From contig CAWJKZ010000024.1 in assembly GCA_963843575.1 (NCBI GenBank), positions 416,001 through 480,000 on the forward strand: a DNA stretch of 64,000 nucleotides, written 5' to 3'. Each line of letters opens with the position of its first letter. Within the stretch, counting starts at the first letter, position 1. This DNA is from an uncultured Acidobacteriota bacterium (GTDB lineage: Bacteria; Acidobacteriota; UBA6911). The translations under genes and the position numbers were made by a program. The notes below the pieces were generated by a model, which ran no database searches, had not been told where the DNA came from, and worked only from the letters and a program-made list of their open reading frames with translations. Below are positions 40,242-50,447 of this stretch, piece by piece.

Positions 40242-41825
40242 ATGACCAAGGATCCCACTCGTCCGTCGCGGCCTTGTTGTTCCTGCGCTTCGCATGCTCC
40301 CGTGGGACTCTCGGCCTCGCCGCTGAACCGCCGGGAATTCATGTTCGGCCTGAGCGCGCTCACCGTCGGGGGGATGGTTCCGGGCTCGCCTGTGCTTGGC
40401 AGGAACCGCGCATCCGTTCCGCCGGGCCGAGGCGCATTGCCCACGACGCCGCTCCGGGTGCAACCCGTGCTGACCTACCGGTTGCCGCAACGCCGCGAGG
40501 CGACAAGCTGGCGGGAGTGGGGCGGCCTGCAGACCCAGGCCGACGTCGACCAGGAGCGGGAACGCATCGGCACGGAGCTCGCCGGGATCCAGTCCAGGGC
40601 AGAATTCCCCCTGGAGATACTCCCCCTGAGGGCCGTGCAGAGTCCCGAGCAGGGGGCCGCCGCCGCCCAGGGAACACACGACGCGCTCCTGATGTACGCG
40701 GCCGGCGGCGGCGTCAATCTCCTCGAGTCACTCACGGTGCGGGACCGGTGGAACCTGATGTTTCTGCGCCACCAGCCGGGGCCGACCTACCTGTGGTACG
40801 AGATCGTGCACCCTCGTTTCCTGCGCAAGACCGTCGACGAGTACGGCCAGCCGGGCATGGACGTTCACGACGTGGTGGTCGACCGCTACGACGACCTCGT
40901 CTGGCGCTTGCGTGCGCTGCACGGATTGAAGAACACGCTGAACAAGAAGATCGTGGCCGTCGGCGGGCCCGGGGGTTGGGGCGCCGGCGGCAGGAAGGCC
41001 CCGGAGACCAGCCGCACCCTCTGGAAGCTGGACATCCAGGATTACCCTTATGCTGAACTTGGGCCGCGGCTGAAGAGGGCGCGCCAGGACGGATCCCTGG
41101 TGCAGCGGTGCCGGGCGGATTCCGAGCGCTACCTGGCAGGCGGGAGCGTCGAGTTGCAGACGACGAGGGATTTTGTCGCCAACGCTTTCGTCTTGACGGA
41201 AGTCCTGAAGGACGTACTCGCGGAATCCGGGACGGACGCCATTACCATCAATTCCTGCATGGGGACGATCATGCCCATGTCGGAGACCACCGCCTGCCTC
41301 CCCTTGAGCCTCCTGAACGACGAAGGGTACCTGGCGTTCTGCGAATCGGATTTCGTGGTGATACCCTCGGGAATCCTCCTGCACTACATCTCCGGCACCC
41401 CCGTGTTCCTGAACGACCCGACCTTTCCGCACGACAACGTGGTCACGCTGGCGCACTGCACCGCGCCACGCCGGATGGACGGCAAAAACGCCGAACCCGC
41501 CAGGATCCTGACCCACTTCGAATCGGACTACGGCGCCGCGCCCAAGGTCGAAATGAGCATCGGCCGGGAGTGCACGAACCTGATCCCCGATTTCGCCTGC
41601 CGCAAGTGGGTCGGCTTCCACGGCACCATCGTCGCCAATCCGTTCCTCGACATCTGCCGTTCGCAGGTGGACGTCCGCATCGACGGGGACGGCGCCGCAC
41701 TACTGGAGGAGATGAAGGGCTTCCACTGGATGATGTCCTACGGGGATTACCTGCGGGAGACGGGTTACGCCCTGAGAAAGCTGGGAATCGAATTCCACGA
41801 CGTGAGCTCGCGGCGCAGCTCGTGA
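40242..41825 (+). CDS. Tat-exported L-fucose/L-arabinose-isomerase-like protein
   Basis: NRREFM Tat motif; AITINSCM, ACLPLSLLND, FCESD, LAHCTAP, HFESDYG, CRSQ, GFHWMMSYGDY. Confidence 0.8.
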   Translation: MTKDPTRPSRPCCSCASHAPVGLSASPLNRREFMFGLSALTVGGMVPGSPVLGRNRASVPPGRGALPTTPLRVQPVLTYRLPQRREATSWREWGGLQTQADVDQERERIGTELAGIQSRAEFPLEILPLRAVQSPEQGAAAAQGTHDALLMYAAGGGVNLLESLTVRDRWNLMFLRHQPGPTYLWYEIVHPRFLRKTVDEYGQPGMDVHDVVVDRYDDLVWRLRALHGLKNTLNKKIVAVGGPGGWGAGGRKAPETSRTLWKLDIQDYPYAELGPRLKRARQDGSLVQRCRADSERYLAGGSVELQTTRDFVANAFVLTEVLKDVLAESGTDAITINSCMGTIMPMSETTACLPLSLLNDEGYLAFCESDFVVIPSGILLHYISGTPVFLNDPTFPHDNVVTLAHCTAPRRMDGKNAEPARILTHFESDYGAAPKVEMSIGRECTNLIPDFACRKWVGFHGTIVANPFLDICRSQVDVRIDGDGAALLEEMKGFHWMMSYGDYLRETGYALRKLGIEFHDVSSRRSS

Positions 41826-41990
41826 TGCCGGCGGTCGTTTCCCTTTTCGAGACATCCCGCGCGCGATGCGGTTCAGACACCGATGGCCCTGCGAACTTTC
41901 TGGGCCCCGGCGGTGTAGCTAATACTAACGTTCATAAATACGCTAACGATTCCAGGACGCGGATTAGCGCTGATACACGCGGATGTTGAC

Positions 41991-42046
41991 TTGGTGACAG
42001 GCCGCGTTAATTCGCGAAATCCGTGAAAATCCGCGTTCTGCTGTGC
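41991..42046 (-). repeat. dispersed intergenic repeat, copy B (within a cluster of ACGCGGAT/ATCCGCG units at 41956-42110)
   Basis: Reverse complement gcacagcagaacgcggattttcacggatttcgcgaattaacgcggcctgtcaccaa matches 27186-27242. Confidence 0.7.
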
Positions 42047-42177
42047 TAACCGATGGCCAGCTCCATCGTGCGCTTGCCGACTGCCGGGTTCCATGATTTC
42101 CGTGTCCCTCCTGGCTGGCTTTTTGAAGCTGGCTTGTGAGGGAATGTCGAAGCGCCGCACTCCGGATTCGCACGCCG

Positions 42178-44168
42178 TCAGGATTGGACGATGCGCAGCG
42201 TCCAGTCGCCGCGGAGGCCCGCATTGGCGGCGGTCAGCAGGGTTCGATAGATGCGGTCGCCCCAGGAACTTCTGAGCCGGCCGTCCGCGATCTTGATCTC
42301 CTCGGTTGACGGCGTGAACACGGCCGGGTCGAACAGGATTCTCACTTTTCCCGACGGGAGCGGCTCGGTTTCGAGCGTCAGTTCGCCCGGTCCGGTCTGC
42401 ACCGCGCGGTCGGCGGTCATGAGGGTCTGAGCGACGAGCCCGGCCGTGCCGGTCCGCACGTAGGAGTCCTGCACCTCGACCATGTTGCGCACGCGGTCCA
42501 GGCGCAACCGGCGGTGCCACGACTCGAGTCGGGCCGAGGTGGGGAAGGCGCCGGAAATGTCGAGGCTGAACTCGGCGGCGCCGTCGTCTGCCCGGTAGCT
42601 CACGTCGCGCGCGGCAAACGTCCGGCCGGCGGCCTGCATCACGCCGTCGATCGTCGGCAGGTTGTGGTAGCCCGACTGCATGGTCCAGATGTCGTAGCGT
42701 TGGGGGCTGAAGGTCTTGGCGGTGTAGGTTTCCACGCCCGACGTCGATGATGGCAGGGCGGCCGTCGGCATAGACGATGAAGTTGCCGACGTCGTTGTGG
42801 TTGTGGCTCTCGGCGTTGTGGCCTCCCTGCGCGGCCAGGTAGAGCCCCTCGGCCGAGCCGTCCTTCGTCGCGCGGCCATGACCTGGATTCCCGGGAACCA
42901 GGCGTCGCGCAGCAGCGGCTGGCGGCGCGGCGCGGCCTGCAGCGCGGCAGGTTGAAGAGGGCCGCGAGCTGGCGTCCCATGCTGTCGCCCGCCGCCGGGG
43001 ATCCAGCCCGCCCCGTTCGGCCGCGAATGCGCCGTGCGCCTGCATCCTGGCGTCGCCGATGCGCTCGGCCGTAGCGGAAGACGAGGTCGCCCGTCCATCC
43101 TCACCTTGGCCGAGGCGTCGGCGAAGTTCACGAAGATAGTCGTCGTCGATGTGGGCGCGGCAGATATAGAGCCCGATCTCGCGGACCAGCGGGACGCTGT
43201 AGAAATCGATCGCCCCGCCGCTTGCCGAGTGGAGCAGTTCGAGGCAGTCGAACAGCGAGCCGCCGGCGCGGAACCAGTAGCTTGGCCCTTCGTCGCAGCC
43301 GCCGTCCTCGTGGTAGGAGGCGAGGAAGCGGTCGAGGCTGCGCAGGCTCTTGTGCACGGCCGCGCGTCGCCGCGGTCTCGGCCGCGATCAGGAGCGCCGA
43401 CGCAAGCCAGTTCGAAACGATCCACGGGCGTCCAGTTGTTCAGCTCGCTGCGTCCCTTCGGGTCGAGCCCCATCCACCAGAAATCGTCCCGGCTCCAGGC
43501 AGGGGGCGAGCATCCGCCGCTCGACTTCGGCGCGGAGGCGCGGCCGCAGCAGCGGCGACACCGGGTCGAGCCGTGCGCCGAGCAGGTAGTCCGTCCACGC
43601 CAGCAGGCTCGACGTCTCGGCCGCGAACAGGTCCACGACGGGCTCGGCGACGTCGGGAAGCCCGGTGCCGGCCTTCTGCATGCCCAGGTGGGCGGGCACG
43701 CCCCAGAACGTCTCCTCGCAGGTCGTCCAGATGCCGTCGGCGATGTCGTCCAGGAATCGCGCCGTCTCCCTCGGCGCACTCCGCCAGCACCAGGGCGGCA
43801 AGCCGCTCGCGCCGGCCCCCGCGAATCCGCTCGTAGTCAGAGCGGTTGCCGACCCGCTGGTACTCCAGGAACAGCGTGGCGGGCAGCGGCGGCCAGCCGG
43901 CGCCCCGACGCCCCTCCCCTCCCGCGATGAGGGCCCGGCGCGCGTCGGCCGGCAAGGCTTCCCAGGCCGCGCGGTCCGCGGCGGCAGGGAAGGGCCGCCA
44001 CGACCCCGTCGGGAGCAGGACGGCGGCGAGCTTCTCGGGAGAAAAGCTCCGGCTGAGCAGGTCGCCCCAGGCCGATTCCATCCCTCCGCGCAACTCCGGA
44101 TGCGACACCGCCGGTGCGGCGAGCAGTGCTCCCCCACAGACCACGAACTGGCGCCGGCTGATCTCCAT
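42178..44168 (-). CDS. heparinase II/III-like protein, Tat-exported (multiple frameshifts)
   Basis: SRRQFV Tat motif; CEETFWGVPAH, VDLFAAET, NNWTP, DGGCDEGPSYW, VNFADA, GGHNAESHNHNDVG, WTMQSGYHNLP, spread over three frames. Confidence 0.88.
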
Positions 44169-44202
44169 AATCCCTCCACTGCGCTTCGAGATTCCCGGCT
44201 AC

Positions 44203-45075
44203 CTATTCGAAGAGCTGGTCGAGATGCGGGATCATGATCGCCGCCGCTGCGCCGGGATTCGAAGCGCCGGTCGTCTGCTTCATCAGGTGGCCGTCCTGCG
44301 GCGAAACGAGTGCGATCTGCGGGTTATCGGGGTAATCCACGACTACGACGAAGGCTTTGCCGACAGGCCTGCCGAAATCCGCTAGAGCGAAGTTGACGGC
44401 GCTCCGACCTTCCTCCGGCTTGCGGTCGGAGCCTCCCATGGACTCCCGCGTGCGAAACGTCCACTTGGACGATCCCGTGGCGGAAAGACAGATCAGTTCG
44501 CCTTCGGGTGCATCGTCCCTCGTCCCGGTGACGGAAAGCACGACCTCCGTCTCCCCGTCGTAATCCACGTCCTGCATGAAGACCTTCCCCGGCCCCGCGT
44601 GATCGCCTTGACCCGACTCCGTCGAGAAGTTGCCGAAATCCTTCTGCCACAACTCGCGCCCCTCCTGACCGAGTACGACGAGGGAGTTCCGGTCGAGGAG
44701 ATACCGTGCCGGTTGCGGGCCCCCCCTGATACGGTATAGCGCGACCCCTGCGCCGAACAGAATCAACACGAGGCAGAGCGCGACGAGAGTGGCGCCCCTC
44801 GGGCACCAGCGGCCCAGGGCTGCCGAAGGGGGCGGCGTCGAGCCGGAGGTTGAGCTCTCCGGTGCGTCCGCGTCCGTCGCGGACGAGGTTACCTGGCGCT
44901 TCCAGGCGTCGATCTCGCCGGCCTGCGCGAAAATCCTGCCGTGCTTGCCGAGGCGGCGTTGCACCGGCAAGCCGCGATCACGCTCCCAGTTCTGGGCCGT
45001 GCGGATCGTGACCCCGAGATATCCCGCAATCTCCTTCCAAGACTCCAGTTCCGTGCAGTTCGTTTGATTGTCCAT
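44203..45075 (-). CDS. membrane-anchored putative DNA-binding protein (N-terminal HTH, TM helix, extracytoplasmic FG-GAP-like part)
   Basis: LESWKEIAGYLGVTIRTAQNWERDRGLPVQR HTH; TM LVALCLVLILFGAGVALY; DVDYDGETEVV. Confidence 0.8.
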   Translation of the reverse strand: MDNQTNCTELESWKEIAGYLGVTIRTAQNWERDRGLPVQRRLGKHGRIFAQAGEIDAWKRQVTSSATDADAPESSTSGSTPPPSAALGRWCPRGATLVALCLVLILFGAGVALYRIRGGPQPARYLLDRNSLVVLGQEGRELWQKDFGNFSTESGQGDHAGPGKVFMQDVDYDGETEVVLSVTGTRDDAPEGELICLSATGSSKWTFRTRESMGGSDRKPEEGRSAVNFALADFGRPVGKAFVVVVDYPDNPQIALVSPQDGHLMKQTTGASNPGAAAAIMIPHLDQLFE

Positions 45076-45254
45076 GCCGATGTAGAATAACCTCGTCAAA
45101 CCAGACTGTTCGCGGCTCGAATGTAGCACGGCGCGGGATAGGCGTAACCAAAATTGGTGCCTCCTCCCGCTCGCCCGAGCGTGCCCGCAACGAGAGGGGT
45201 ACCCGGGGTCCTAGGCGCGCCGGACCGGAACAGGAATCTTCGAGGGAGGTTATC

Positions 45255-46394
45255 GTGTCCTGTGCCCGCATACTGCTCCTGTTGGCCCTTGCCGGCCTCC
45301 AGGGCCCCACGCTGCCGCAGTTTCGCGAACAGGTGGTCAGTGGGGACCTGAAACTCGGGTACCAATTGGCCGTCGCGGACCTCAACACCGACGGCAGGAA
45401 GGACCTGATCGCCATCGATGAGCGCTCGGACGAAGTGGCGTGGTTCGAGAATCCGGGGTGGGAGCGACACGTGCTCGCGACCGGCGTCGCGAGGCCCATC
45501 AACGCGGACTGCTGGGACGCCGACGGCGACGGCATCCCTGAGGTCGCGCTCGTTTGCGGGTTCGAAACGAACCCCGAGAAGAGCACCGGGAACCTCGTCA
45601 TCCTGAAGAGCGGACCCGATGTGCGGGCGCCGTGGACGGCACGCGAGATCGATCGGGTGCCGACGGCGCACCGCGTGCGCTGGATCGATTTCGAAGGGCG
45701 CGGTGCGAAGGTGCTTCTGCTGGCACCCCTCGTCGGGGTCAAGGCCCGGGCGCCTCTCTACGAGGACACCACGCCGGTGTTCGCCTACCGGCCCGGGGCG
45801 TGGACACGCGAGGCCCTGCCGGCGTCGCGGCGCGGGATCCTGCACGCGATCACGCCTGTCCACTGGCAGGGTCGGCCCGGCGAGCAGCTCCTGACGGCGA
45901 GTTTCGAAGGACTGCACAGGCTCGAGTACCGCAACCACAAGTGGATCTCCACCCTGATCGCGCGCGGCGACCCGCGGGCGTGCCCCGAATGCGGCAGCAG
46001 CGAGGTGCGGCTCGGGCGGCTGGGCAATAAACAGTTCCTGGCCGCCATCGAGCCCTGGCACGGCAATCAAGTCGTCGTGTACCTCCCCCGCAACTCCACC
46101 TGGACCCGGTTGGTGCTCGAAGACGGCATGGTGAACGGCCATGCCCTCGCAACGGGCGACCTCGACGGGGATGGGCGCGACGAGATCGTCGGCGGCTTCC
46201 GCGGGAAAGGGTTCGAGGTTTCGGTCTATCAGGCCGAGGACGCTTCCGGGGAGCGCTGGCGGAAAACCGTGCTGGACCGCGGGGGCGTCGCCGCCGCAGA
46301 CTGCAGGATCGAGGACTTCACCGGGGACGGCAAGCCGGACATCGCCTGCATCGGAGCCTCGACCGGGAACATCAAGCTCTACCAAAACCGCTGA
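45255..46394 (+). CDS. secreted FG-GAP/VCBS beta-propeller protein (aldos-2-ulose dehydratase N-domain-like)
   Basis: ADLNTDGRKDLI, DADGDGIPEV, PTAHRVRW, IEPWHGNQVVVY, GHALATGDLDGDGRDEI. Confidence 0.82.
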   Translation: MSCARILLLLALAGLQGPTLPQFREQVVSGDLKLGYQLAVADLNTDGRKDLIAIDERSDEVAWFENPGWERHVLATGVARPINADCWDADGDGIPEVALVCGFETNPEKSTGNLVILKSGPDVRAPWTAREIDRVPTAHRVRWIDFEGRGAKVLLLAPLVGVKARAPLYEDTTPVFAYRPGAWTREALPASRRGILHAITPVHWQGRPGEQLLTASFEGLHRLEYRNHKWISTLIARGDPRACPECGSSEVRLGRLGNKQFLAAIEPWHGNQVVVYLPRNSTWTRLVLEDGMVNGHALATGDLDGDGRDEIVGGFRGKGFEVSVYQAEDASGERWRKTVLDRGGVAAADCRIEDFTGDGKPDIACIGASTGNIKLYQNR

Positions 46395-46465
46395 GAAACG
46401 AGTGGGCCGCGGCGGCCCGACGCGGCCCGGCTCGAAAAACACGGGACGGGCGCCCCCACTGAACC

Positions 46466-46712
46466 TCACCGGGGGGACAGGTCGTAACTGGACAGGGTCG
46501 ACTGATTGCGGATGTACAGGTGCGCGCCGCAGACGACCGGATGCGCCCAGCTCGAGTATCCTTCGTCCTTGATCCGGAAGCGCCCCTTTTCCACGTAACC
46601 CGCGGGGCTGGCCTCGGCGAGCCCAATGGCGTTCCCCTCCGAGAGGAGGAAGACGTTGCCGTCCGCGAAGGTCAGGGACCCCTTCCCCAGGATTTCCCGC
46701 CAATAAAACGCG
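46466..46712 (-). pseudogene. C-terminal remnant of a PQQ-like (BamB-type) beta-propeller gene
   Basis: GKGSLTFADGNVFLLSE...EASPAGYVEKGRF...SWAHPVVCGAHLYIRNQSTLSSYDL. No N-terminal part is present. Confidence 0.75.
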
Positions 46713-46722
46713 CTGCGGCACA

Positions 46723-47193
46723 TCAGGGCCGCTGCGGGCCGCCGGGGCTCGCCGGAGGGGCCGGCAACATGTTTCGGATCGCGGTGATGCGCCAGCCGTC
46801 GGGGCCGCGTGTCACGATCAGAGTGCTCCACATCCGGCGGCTCGAGCCGTCGCGAAGCCCGGTGAGCTCGTACCTTCCGTCGACGAGTGCCACCCCGGGG
46901 GCGACGAATCGGACGGACTCCACCGCGATGGTGCGCCTTCCGCCAGAACTCCGGGAACTCGCCAGCGTGCCCGCGACAACCTCGCTCCGGCCCCTGCGCC
47001 ACTCGCCGGAAGAGACGAGCTGATCGGCGTCCGCGGAGAAGAGTGCCTCCACTTCAGCCGCGTCCTGGTGGTCGCGCGCGTCCATGTATCGTTGAACGAC
47101 GGCGCGGACGGCGTCGCCGTCGCTCGTCCCGCCGGTCCCCTGGGCGGCAAGAATCAGCAGAGACGCGGCAAACACTCCCGAGATGATGTGCAT
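46723..47193 (-). CDS. secreted NTF2-like SgcJ/EcaC (DUF4440) protein
   Basis: RBS GGAGG; signal peptide; LFSADADQLVSSGEWRRGR, VRFVAPGVALVDG, WRITAIR. Confidence 0.85.
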   Translation of the reverse strand: MHIISGVFAASLLILAAQGTGGTSDGDAVRAVVQRYMDARDHQDAAEVEALFSADADQLVSSGEWRRGRSEVVAGTLASSRSSGGRRTIAVESVRFVAPGVALVDGRYELTGLRDGSSRRMWSTLIVTRGPDGWRITAIRNMLPAPPASPGGPQRP

Positions 47194-47338
47194 GAGGTAC
47201 CCTCCGCCGGGCCGAAGCCCCTGGTTGTGCCCCGGGCGGTCCGAAGTCCGCCACCACTTGATTCTACACGGCGCACCCTGCCAGGCACGCTTTTCTTCCG
47301 GCGTCCAGCCCCCCGATTCGGGCGCCGGATCAACCTAA

Positions 47339-47578
47339 GGGTTCGCGCAAGGATAAGTTCACATTTTGGCGCGAGCGCCGGGCGGGCAGATGCCAGGCGC
47401 CGTGACGCAGGCGATGTGGTGACATCGTCGAGGAGCGGCAACGCCGCAGATGCCCGCCCGCCGCCGCGCCCCGGGGGGCTGACGGCTCCGTCAATAGCGA
47501 TCTCCCATCTTTGGTTGCCTCATGATCTGTTGGCTCGGGAGCCGTCAGCAAAATGTGAAATTATTCTTGCGCGAGCCC
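47339..47578. mobile_element. IS5-family-like MITE (240 bp, no transposase)
   Basis: 30-bp TIRs: gggttcgcgcaaggataagttcacattttg versus the reverse complement of caaaatgtgaaattattcttgcgcgagccc (27/30 match). Flanks are C-TAA and TGA-G. Confidence 0.8.
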
Positions 47579-47807
47579 TGAGCCTCCGGTCGCCCTCTTC
47601 CCGGGGTATCGGCTCGGAGTCGTGCGCCGTCTCCGGCCCGGCAAAAACCTCGCGGCACAGCCGGACGGTATACACAGAGCAGTCACCGCACCAATAGTAG
47701 GAGTGGGTGCACTCGTCCCCCATGATCCTGCCGGAAATGCAGACCATGCACTCCTCTCTCGCAAAGGGCCGTCCACAGCGGCTGCAGCGGACATCACTTT
47801 CCGGCAT
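47520..47807 (-). pseudogene. small Cys-rich zinc-ribbon protein, C-terminus replaced by MITE sequence
   Basis: RBS GGAG; CSRC...YWCGDC motifs. After EGDRRL the frame reads into the TIR (RARARIISHF). Confidence 0.7.
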
Positions 47808-47839
47808 GGGGCACTCTCCCCGGGTTGCCGCGCCACGAC

Positions 47840-48520
47840 TCAAGGCCGGCGCTGCCCGGTCGCGCGCGCGGGCCGCACGGAGAACCACACCTGGCAGTCG
47901 AAGGGCACCCTGTCGTTCGGGCGCGCCCCGGCCTCCCGCAGACTGCCGGCAAACGGCAGCTGGCCCGCCTGCAGCACCAGGACCTTCTCCACGCTGCTCA
48001 ATTCGATCTCGAGACCCGCGTCTCGGAACAACGGCCGCAACTCTTCGAAAATCGATGCGTCATTCGCCAGCCGCCGCACCCAGCCGTTGATGTCCCCGCC
48101 GCGGGGGACGCCCCGGGTCCTGTCCCATTCCTTCGAGCGGACCGCCGCCGCCGCAAGCCGCAGCGCCATGGTGGCATCGCGGGCCCCGTCCGGATACAGC
48201 CGTCCCCAGCTGAGCGTCCGAAATGCCCCGGCCTCCATAACCTTGCGCAGCACCTTTCCGATCCGCGGGGCCTGTTCCGCCAGGGGGAGCCCGCAATCCG
48301 AACGGTGGCGAATCACCCCACGATTGGTTTCGGACCCGAAGACGGTCCAGGAGATCCTGCAATCGTCGGACGCGATCGTGTAAATCACGTCCGCAGACTC
48401 AGGGTCGCGCTCCACCAGGACATCCTCATCGTGGGACACACCCTGATTTTCGGGCCGAAGCCCTCCCGGGCGAGCCAGCATCAGCCCGCACGCCAGCAGC
48501 AGCGACCTTCTCCTGAACAT
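47840..48520 (-). CDS. secreted hypothetical protein
   Basis: RBS GGAG; RRR + hydrophobic signal; coding-like composition. Confidence 0.7.
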   Translation of the reverse strand: MFRRRSLLLACGLMLARPGGLRPENQGVSHDEDVLVERDPESADVIYTIASDDCRISWTVFGSETNRGVIRHRSDCGLPLAEQAPRIGKVLRKVMEAGAFRTLSWGRLYPDGARDATMALRLAAAAVRSKEWDRTRGVPRGGDINGWVRRLANDASIFEELRPLFRDAGLEIELSSVEKVLVLQAGQLPFAGSLREAGARPNDRVPFDCQVWFSVRPARATGQRRP

Positions 48521-48615
48521 CGGGATCGGTCTCCAGGTCAGACCGGCAGGCCCAACTCGCGCGCCGACAATATATTGGGACTGTACGCGTCTCCATGCGG
48601 CGATGGTTAGGCCGG

Positions 48616-49704
48616 TCAGCCTCGGGCGAACTCGTCGTTGGCGCGCTCGATCAGGGCGCGCATGTAGGCGACGCTGTAGGCCGTGCCGGCGCGGGGGCCG
48701 CCGAGGAGCGCAGGGACGTGGTCCGCGATCACGGCCCCGTCAAATCCGACTTCCCTCAGTGCGCGCATGATCGGGTACATCTTCGCGTAGCCTTCGTCCA
48801 TGAACGTCTCGACGAAATGGGGCAAGGGGGCGTTGACGTTCCGGAAATGCACCTTGAAGATCTTGCCCTTCGCTCCGAAGTAGCGGATCGTCTCGACTAC
48901 GTCCTTCCCCATGCTGGCGCCCCCCTCGAGCCAGCACCCCACGCACAGACATATGCCGACGTTGGGGCTGGCGGCGATCTCGAGCGCCCGCCGGTAGCCT
49001 TCGAAGCTGCTGAATATGCACCGCGGCACGCCCCCCAGCTCCGGCACGGGCGGGTCGTCGGGGTGAATCCCGATCCGGATCCCCAGGCGCTCGGCGACCG
49101 GGACGACCTGCCGGACGAAATGCGTGTAGTTGTCCCAGATCTCCTTTTCGCCGTACCTGCGCCCGTGCGTCAGCGGGCCCGTGAACACCTTGCCGGCCCA
49201 GTTCCCCTTGTCGGCAGTGGCCAGGTCGAAGGCGCGTGCCGAGGCGCCGCCGCGCGCAGCCTCGCGCCCCGTGCTCCAGATGCCGTTGCCCATGTGCGCG
49301 TAGGTCGTGTAGCGGACCCCCGCTTTGCCGAGGTTCTCGAGATACTCCTTGTACTCTTCGACCTTGCGGTCGCGCCCCGGCAGGTTCAGCGTGACCTCTT
49401 CCATGTTGTGGACGTTGCTGTTTCCTATGTTCCAAACCTTCAACGACGCCGCCTCGACCTTTTCCTTGAGCCGGACGAAGTTCTCGAGCGTGGCGTCTTT
49501 CCCGCCGGTGTTCAGGTTGACGTACTCCACCCCGAGCTGTTTGACGAACTGGAGGTCTTCGTCCGACGGATTGCCGCCGACCTGAACCGAAATCCTGATT
49601 CCCGCGTCGCGCCGCGCCGCCGACTGGAAAGGCGCGGCGGCGCCGATGCCCGAAATCGCCGCCGCAGCGGTGATCCTGGTGAATTCCCTTCGGCCGAGTG
49701 TCAT
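48616..49704 (-). CDS. uxuA: mannonate dehydratase-like protein with Tat signal
   Basis: GRREFT Tat motif; IGIHPDDPP, LCVGC, KVHFRNV, ETFMDEG, ADHVP, YSVAYMRAL. Confidence 0.8.
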   Translation of the reverse strand: MTLGRREFTRITAAAAISGIGAAAPFQSAARRDAGIRISVQVGGNPSDEDLQFVKQLGVEYVNLNTGGKDATLENFVRLKEKVEAASLKVWNIGNSNVHNMEEVTLNLPGRDRKVEEYKEYLENLGKAGVRYTTYAHMGNGIWSTGREAARGGASARAFDLATADKGNWAGKVFTGPLTHGRRYGEKEIWDNYTHFVRQVVPVAERLGIRIGIHPDDPPVPELGGVPRCIFSSFEGYRRALEIAASPNVGICLCVGCWLEGGASMGKDVVETIRYFGAKGKIFKVHFRNVNAPLPHFVETFMDEGYAKMYPIMRALREVGFDGAVIADHVPALLGGPRAGTAYSVAYMRALIERANDEFARG

Positions 49705-49963
49705 GGAACGCCTCCGTTGGTGGAGGGGCCATCATAACCCAGGAGGCGTGCTTCCGGGGCGCCTGTTGAAGAGTGCGGGCCCTTCCCACCGATCTGCGTG
49801 GTGCTGACCCTGGAGGACTGCGGGGAAGGGCCGCGGCCTCCTGCAGTTTTGGCGTGCGCGCACAGGGTTGTCGGGAGCATACTCGCCGGGAGCAGGCGTT
49901 GAGCGCGCGTCGGCTTGGGAGTGCTGAAGCCGCGCCGACACCCTTCAGCCCGGGAGTTGTCCA

Positions 49964-50407
49964 ATGAGCAAGCGCATACTGGTCGCAGTCAAGAGCGTGG
50001 AAGAAGCTGAGATGTTGACGCGTCTGGCCGCCTCTCTGGCGCCCGAGGGCGGTGTGGCAATACTGGTGCACGTGATCGAGTTGCCGGACCCGACTCCCCT
50101 GGATGCGGACATTCCGGACCTCGAAGGCGCGGGCCACGAGGCCTTGGAAGCGGCGGAGCGTGTCGCCCGGCTTCACGGGTTCGACGTCGTCGTGCGCCTG
50201 CTGCGGGCCCGCGACGCGGGCGACGCCCTGATCGACGAGATGGAGTCGGCCCCGGCGGACATGGCGGTGATCGGCTATCACCACGACCGTACGTTCAGGG
50301 ACTTCATGCTGGGCACCACGTCGCAATACCTGATGAAGCACACCCCTTGCCCACTCGTTTGCCTGGTCCCTGCACGAGGCGAACGGCAGACCCCGACGGT
50401 GGGGTAG
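49964..50407 (+). CDS. universal stress protein
   Basis: KRILVAV, LVHVIE, ADMAVIG, LGTTSQYLMKHTPCPLV. Confidence 0.9.
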   Translation: MSKRILVAVKSVEEAEMLTRLAASLAPEGGVAILVHVIELPDPTPLDADIPDLEGAGHEALEAAERVARLHGFDVVVRLLRARDAGDALIDEMESAPADMAVIGYHHDRTFRDFMLGTTSQYLMKHTPCPLVCLVPARGERQTPTVG

Positions 50408-50447
50408 TAGCAGCAACGCGAATTCACCGCAGGGAATCCGAGGTGTT

